Of a stretch of 64,000 nt of DNA, positions 59,434 to 64,000 are shown in pieces. The DNA comes from Parcubacteria bacterium C7867-008 (GTDB lineage: Bacteria > Patescibacteriota > Minisyncoccia > Phycocordibacterales > Phycocordibacteraceae). Position numbers and translations under genes: made by a program. The stretch's first letter is position 1, and the number at the start of each line of letters is the position of its first letter. The DNA is taken from the NCBI GenBank assembly GCA_001189215.1, contig LFCR01000002.1, positions 10,677 through 74,676 on the forward strand. Direction: 5' to 3'. Below the pieces are notes generated by a model. The model was not told the DNA's origin, made no database searches, and was given only the letters and a program-made list of their open reading frames with translations.

Positions 59434-59472
59434 GGCCCAAATTTAACTTTAGTTTTCAGAAAAGTCAATTTA

Positions 59473-59559
59473 TAGTCATTAGTATATTCATATATATAAA
59501 TGACTAAATACATTGATATTTAATGATTTATTAGATAATATAGTCATAAATATATGACT
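59473..59559. promoter_or_regulatory. AT-rich divergent promoter region with two inverted repeats built on AGTCAT/ATGACT (TAGTCATT-N18-AATGACTA at 59473-59506; AGTCAT-aaatat-ATGACT at 59542-59559, overlapping the regulator's ATG)
   Basis: seen in sequence. Confidence 0.4.
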
Positions 59560-60297
59560 GTTAAAAATCAGAATCATCTGGAAAATGCTTTAAAGGTTGG
59601 TCTTTCTGCTAAAGCAGCAAGTGTATATGTAACGCTTCTCGAAGCCGGTTCTGCACTTAGTCCGAAAGCACTTATCATTAGAACCTCTCTTCATCGACAG
59701 TACGTATACGACGCACTATATGAACTGGAAGAACGCAGACTCATTAGTACATCTGGTGAGAAGAGAGCAATTAAGTATTTGGCCACTAGCCCAGATAGAT
59801 TGCTTCAAGATGTAGAAAAGCAGCGCCTAGAAACTATTGATGGCGTACAAGCGCTTATGAAGCTGTACGATCACTCCCCTGCTGGTTTCGTTGAAATTAT
59901 ACGCGGCAGCAAAGCAGCCATTGAGAGTGAATTCAAAATGATTACTGAAGCAAAGAGGGGTGATTATCTAGATATCGTTGGAGGGGCTGGCATGAGCTTT
60001 GTTCAACTTTTTGAAGGCCGTATTGAGGAATGGGAGCAGCTGCGTAAAGAGAAGCAAATTAAACTACGCTATATCGGTACTGATGAAGATGTTCGACACA
60101 ATAAAGAGATTAGCGTTATACAGAATGAATCACGTGCCATACCGGGTATCGGTAACATCGTTAATGTTTGTATACGCCCCGAAAGCGTAAGTTTTAATAT
60201 CTACGAACCCGAGATCGTAACAGTTCGTGTACGCAATCAAGCTGCTGTATTAAGTCAGCGAGCACTATTCGAAGTGCTTTGGAATGTGGCTAAATAG
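59554..60297 (+). CDS. TrmB-like winged-helix transcriptional regulator
   Basis: N-terminal GLSAKAASVYVTLLEAGSALSPKALIIRTSLHRQYVYDALYELEERRLI resembles the TrmB HTH. Confidence 0.55.
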   Translation: MTVKNQNHLENALKVGLSAKAASVYVTLLEAGSALSPKALIIRTSLHRQYVYDALYELEERRLISTSGEKRAIKYLATSPDRLLQDVEKQRLETIDGVQALMKLYDHSPAGFVEIIRGSKAAIESEFKMITEAKRGDYLDIVGGAGMSFVQLFEGRIEEWEQLRKEKQIKLRYIGTDEDVRHNKEISVIQNESRAIPGIGNIVNVCIRPESVSFNIYEPEIVTVRVRNQAAVLSQRALFEVLWNVAK

Positions 60298-60324
60298 TTA
60301 CCGTAACGCACTGTAGTAAATTTG

Positions 60325-60395
60325 TGCGGGATAGGAGAATCGAACTCCTGTCTGCTCTTTGGAAGAGAGCCATTTTACCATTAAACTAATCCCGC
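60325..60395 (-). tRNA. tRNA-Gly (anticodon UCC); no encoded CCA
   Basis: revcomp GCGGGAT TA ... GCTCT-CTTCCAA-AGAGC ... AGGAG-TTCGATT-CTCCT-ATCCCGC-A folds as a cloverleaf with 7-bp acceptor stem, U33, TTCGATT T-loop. Confidence 0.85.
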
Positions 60396-61066
60396 TCTTT
60401 TATTTTCTCTAACGCTACCTCACTCCAAACCTGAATCTTTCTCGCGAATCTTACCCCGAATTCCTTTCTTCCACGAGCCCGTACATTTATATGCAGGGTT
60501 CCAAATGGAAGCTTTTTAAATGTCCTGTTCTTCTTTTTGCTTCTTAGATCAAGAATAGTCTTTTGGAACTGGGACTCTGGAATCGTAGTCGCTTGAGACC
60601 AAAATTGCAAACATTGAGAGTTATCTAGATCAGGATATATATACATACGAGCCGTAAATTGATCAGTCTCAACTCCCAACAATCTGAACCAAGCCACCAT
60701 ACAACGCATTACCTCAGGGTTTGAATTACTTACAGCGACTATTCCATTTGTTTTTGACCCTTCACCTAAGTAGATCGCGAGTCCAAATATGAATAAATCT
60801 CTATTGGTTATTTCACCAATTTCCACTAAAACAGTCTCGCGTAATTCATTTAGCTCCGTTTTGAGTACTTGTGCTCGTTTTTCTCCCGCAGCTGCTCTCG
60901 CTTTTCCATAGAGTTTAATGACTTCTTCATTTGGTTTATATGGAACTTTACTCAGCCAATTACTTAGAGTGCTTTTAGGTATACCTAACTCCTTCGAAAT
61001 ATACAGATATGAATATCCCTGTTTTCGTAAATCAATTGCAGTTTCACGTGTTGGCAGATTATGCAT
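60386..61066 (-). CDS. HTH plus LAGLIDADG-like (degenerate) homing-endonuclease-like protein; 3' end overlaps the tRNA-Gly 5' end by 10 nt
   Basis: N-terminal HTH YSYLYISKELGIPKSTLSNWL; IFGLAIYLGEGSK resembles the LAGLIDADG dodecapeptide. Confidence 0.45.
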   Translation of the reverse strand: MHNLPTRETAIDLRKQGYSYLYISKELGIPKSTLSNWLSKVPYKPNEEVIKLYGKARAAAGEKRAQVLKTELNELRETVLVEIGEITNRDLFIFGLAIYLGEGSKTNGIVAVSNSNPEVMRCMVAWFRLLGVETDQFTARMYIYPDLDNSQCLQFWSQATTIPESQFQKTILDLRSKKKNRTFKKLPFGTLHINVRARGRKEFGVRFARKIQVWSEVALEKIKERD

Positions 61067-61143
61067 ACGCTGTAGAGGTAGCGTAACAATTCAGTGATCA
61101 ATACTTGATAAGGAGAAAATCAAATATTCCTTAACCTATCTTT

Positions 61144-62379
61144 TTGAACGTTCTGTTGTACCCTACAGCTATGAAAGTGGTAGTTCTAGGGATGGTTGCT
61201 GCGCTGGTATTCAGTGCAGGGGCTGCGTATCTAGTATTCGTACCAAATAGCCAGAAGCCAATTCCTATAGCAACACTCACTGCTGCAGCTGGTTCCACGA
61301 TCTACGACACATCCAGTATCGTGGAACTGTTTCGTCAGCTGTTCGTTCTTCAACAGAAGGTGAAGGAACTGCAACCACCACTGGCGACTACAACAATTCC
61401 CTTTGCTCCCAACGTTGGAACGACCACTACAAGCAAGAAGGCTCCAGTAAAGGCCGTGAAACCTGTTGCGCCAAAAGTTGTGGCACCAGTGAACACAGAA
61501 ACGAAGCTTGGCCTTGCGCTCCCTAAACTACGCAGTGCAATCGTAAATATTGTCTGTATCCCAAACAAAGCAGGTACAGGGCTACGAGGTATCTCTGGTA
61601 CCGGTGTCATTATCGACTCACGTGGCATTATTTTGACCGTGGCACACGTTGCGCAGTATGAATTGATTGCAGCTGCACGTCCTGATCTCCTTACGTGTGT
61701 GGTACGTACTGGTAGTCCAGCTGCTTCTGCGTATTTTGCTAAACCTATATATGTTTCACAGGACTGGATTGATCGTAATTCGAAACTACTTTCCTCTTCT
61801 GATCCCCGTGGAACGGGTGAGGATGACTTTGCACTGCTTGCCATAACTGAAACAGCCACCAAGACTCCCCTGCCAGCCAGCTTCCCTTCTGTTTCACTAG
61901 CTAACAACACACCAACTCTCAAACAGGGTGTTGTTATAGGTTCGTATGGTGCTGAGTTTCTAAGTACAGAAACTATCCGTTCTGGCATATTCCCCACCCT
62001 CGTATTCGCATCCGTTAAAGATCGTCTCACCTTTGGTTCTCAGATGGTTGATCTGATATCTCTTGGTGGCGGGGCTGCTGCACAAGAAGGGTCTTCAGGA
62101 GGAGGTGCAGTGAACGAAGACGCGCAATTAGTTGGGCTGATCACCTCACGTTCTAACGCAGCAAACCTAAACGATCGCGATCTGCGTGCTATCACAAACA
62201 CTTACCTGCAAAGCGCATTCCGTGAAGAGACTGGTGAGTCTATAGACTCATTCCTTTCTACAGATAGAAAATCTCTGGTGAGCGATTATGCGTCTGACGC
62301 CACAAAACTCGGGGCCATGCTCGTAAAGGTAAACCGTATCACCAATCAGGTTTCAATCTCAACCCCAACAGGATTGTGA
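61144..62379 (+). CDS. membrane-anchored trypsin-like (S1 family) serine protease
   Basis: catalytic triad context TVAHV ... DFALL ... QEGSSGGGAV. Confidence 0.65.
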   Translation: MNVLLYPTAMKVVVLGMVAALVFSAGAAYLVFVPNSQKPIPIATLTAAAGSTIYDTSSIVELFRQLFVLQQKVKELQPPLATTTIPFAPNVGTTTTSKKAPVKAVKPVAPKVVAPVNTETKLGLALPKLRSAIVNIVCIPNKAGTGLRGISGTGVIIDSRGIILTVAHVAQYELIAAARPDLLTCVVRTGSPAASAYFAKPIYVSQDWIDRNSKLLSSSDPRGTGEDDFALLAITETATKTPLPASFPSVSLANNTPTLKQGVVIGSYGAEFLSTETIRSGIFPTLVFASVKDRLTFGSQMVDLISLGGGAAAQEGSSGGGAVNEDAQLVGLITSRSNAANLNDRDLRAITNTYLQSAFREETGESIDSFLSTDRKSLVSDYASDATKLGAMLVKVNRITNQVSISTPTGL

Positions 62380-63122
62380 TCTGAACCATGAAGTTCTGGG
62401 TGTACCCACGCTCTGCACGCCTTAACCCCATCTGAAAGAAGAATATGATCAAGTTGTGACCGTGAGAAATTGTGTGTCACTTTCCCTTTCAAAGGATTCT
62501 TAAGTTTCACACCTTCAAATCGTTCTTCAAACAAATCACGTTCTGGGTACCACGGTACCGCTTGTGACAGAGGTGCGCCAAGCAGCCAGTTAAGTATCTT
62601 CATTGGACCGTATTCAATCACATTGAAATCTCCACACACAATTGCTGGTAGCTCTGGCTGGATGTGCCCCACTACTGCTTCGAACTCCTGTGCACGATTG
62701 TGTGGGCCCCAGAGCGTTAAGTGCACTGAGAATATTCTTGTCAGAACACCGTTACCTAAATCAATATCTGCATACACGGCACCGCGCTCTGTTACAAAAG
62801 ACCACTGAAACATGCGCATAAATCCTATGAACAGCCGTGTATGTAGTGGAAATCCGAAATCGAAGAATTGCAAAGTTCCTTGATTGGCAATCGAATGTTT
62901 TGAAAGTATTGCTACATAATTCTTTTCTTGTCTTTTATCAGACATCAATCGTATTACATCTACATGATAGGTAAGATGAAAGGGCATCTTCTTAATATAT
63001 GCGAGAAGTTCTGGTGTTACTTCTTGCAAGCAGAGCACATCAAAATCCAGATTATCAATAAACTTGCACATTTCCTTGAACTTAGTGTTGTAGCAATAAA
63101 CGTTCCAGGAATATATTTTCAT
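62346..63122 (-). CDS. endonuclease/exonuclease/phosphatase (EEP) family protein
   Basis: CLQEV ... GDFN ... SDHNPV motifs. Confidence 0.75.
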   Translation of the reverse strand: MKIYSWNVYCYNTKFKEMCKFIDNLDFDVLCLQEVTPELLAYIKKMPFHLTYHVDVIRLMSDKRQEKNYVAILSKHSIANQGTLQFFDFGFPLHTRLFIGFMRMFQWSFVTERGAVYADIDLGNGVLTRIFSVHLTLWGPHNRAQEFEAVVGHIQPELPAIVCGDFNVIEYGPMKILNWLLGAPLSQAVPWYPERDLFEERFEGVKLKNPLKGKVTHNFSRSQLDHILLSDGVKACRAWVHPELHGSDHNPVGVEIET

Positions 63123-63229
63123 GTGTATTAAATAGTACTGCGCAAAACCGATAATTCAATGAAGTCTGTATTGAAAGGACCTTTCATAAATTACCGCAGT
63201 CTGGGTCGACGCTAGAACTTTACTGGCAC

Positions 63230-63565
63230 TTGACAACAAATGAGTACTGTGAGATTATAGCTATGGGTCGGAGGCACTCGATGCCGACCTGCCTTAGGCA
63301 CTTTCCCTAGGAAAGACGCGCCGAAAAGCCTCGATTGGACTTTGCTACCAGTAGCGTAAAGAAATAGGCACTACGTTGATACCGCTTGGGAAACCAAGCA
63401 AAGTTTGAGACGTGTAATTGTTTAGTCTAAGCACTACAGGAACGTTAAAAAGCGATTGACTGCATCCTAGGGCTGCTATCGGTCCGCTCATCAAAACAAC
63501 GCGAAACTCTACGGAGTCTCGCAACAAGGTCGCTACCTCACGGTGCGGCCTTTTTCTTTTATAAA
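63230..63565 (+). ncRNA. candidate structured non-coding RNA of about 300 nt, identity unresolved
   Basis: no ORF above 60 aa on either strand; TTGACA-17-GATTAT promoter-like hexamers at 63230-63258; multiple hairpins (one with a GGGAAACC loop); intrinsic terminator at its 3' end. Confidence 0.3.
63527..63565 (+). terminator. intrinsic terminator (GGUCGC-11 nt loop-GCGGCC followed by UUUUUCUUUU)
   Basis: seen in sequence. Confidence 0.55.
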
Positions 63566-63612
63566 GTTCGATACCTTTAGGCAGGGGTGGCAGCCTGGGA
63601 CGATGTTGGAAC

Positions 63613-64000
63613 CTATTTCACTCTGGCGATGAAATGAAACACATGCCAATGTTTCATTATTCCCGCGGCTGTAGGCTTATCTACCTCTTCCTCCTCAAAT
63701 TCAAGTACCGTTAGCTTTTCCAAAAGCTTTTCAGCTTCAGCACGGGTATGAAAGGTCATTGTGTCCTTTCCCTGCCACTCATCTCGGTCTCCAAAGAATT
63801 GGCCCGTGAAAATTCCACCAGTCTTTAATGATCTAATGATTTCAGACCATACTTTTTCAAATTGATCAGGGTGCAGGAATGGAAGGGTATATTGTGCATT
63901 TACGAGATCATATTCTTTAGCACGAAACGTAAATGACTCCATTTTCTCAACGACGTATGTAAATTTATCTGCTGGAAGTTTATCTGCAATTTCTGTCGCC
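63613..64000 (-). CDS. class I SAM-dependent methyltransferase, C-terminal part (gene continues beyond window end)
   Basis: open frame runs past position 64000 without a stop; translation AGIMKHWHVFHFIARVK end typical of a small MTase. Confidence 0.55.
   Translation of the reverse strand, partial: ATEIADKLPADKFTYVVEKMESFTFRAKEYDLVNAQYTLPFLHPDQFEKVWSEIIRSLKTGGIFTGQFFGDRDEWQGKDTMTFHTRAEAEKLLEKLTVLEFEEEEVDKPTAAGIMKHWHVFHFIARVK

Noticed and set aside
63190-63565. assignment of the ORF-free region as RNase P RNA or tmRNA
   Set aside because: Some P RNA-like strings are present, but no P4 helix partner, tag reading frame or tRNA-like 3' end could be found by eye. Left as an unidentified ncRNA candidate.

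Overview
64-kb window from a bacterial genome of about 48% GC. The gene content fits a reduced-genome bacterium of the Patescibacteria/CPR type, but no taxon is assigned: L30 is absent from the r-protein cluster, type IV pilus and ComEC genes are present, and many conserved-gene starts lack a Shine-Dalgarno sequence. The first 21 kb, all on the minus strand, hold the str/S10/spc ribosomal superoperon in the order rpsL-rpsG-fusA-tuf-rpsJ-rplCDWB-rpsS-rplV-rpsC-rplP-rpmC-rpsQ-rplNXE-rpsNH-rplFR-rpsE-rplO. This cluster is repeatedly interrupted by non-ribosomal insertions that carry their own intrinsic terminators. A type IV pilin and a 770-aa membrane-anchored beta-helix surface protein lie between fusA and tuf. 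A 1.25-kb spacer with small ORFs separates rpsJ from rplC. A 1.85-kb, three-gene insertion separates rplB from rpsS. A GC-rich 116-aa ORF sits between rpsN and rplE. An 0.8-kb spacer separates rpsG from fusA. rpsL (93 aa) and hup (68 aa) look C-terminally truncated, and L22 is short. Downstream are housekeeping genes (rpmB, rnhA, recJ, pgk, tpiA, nusA, ppa, clpP, rny, rarA), a type IV pilus module (pilB, pilC, three pseudopilin-like genes), a two-gene ComEC arrangement and several secreted or membrane proteins. The most accessory-looking block is AT-rich and ends at a tRNA-Gly(UCC) overlapped by an HTH/LAGLIDADG-like ORF. It holds a TrmB-like regulator with AGTCAT inverted repeats and a two-gene operon: an MTS-type SAM methyltransferase followed by an unusual fusion of a cNMP-binding domain with an S-adenosylhomocysteine-hydrolase-like domain. 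A promoter- and terminator-bounded, ORF-free candidate ncRNA of about 300 nt lies near the right edge. All calls come from reading the translations and sequence by eye; no database search was possible.
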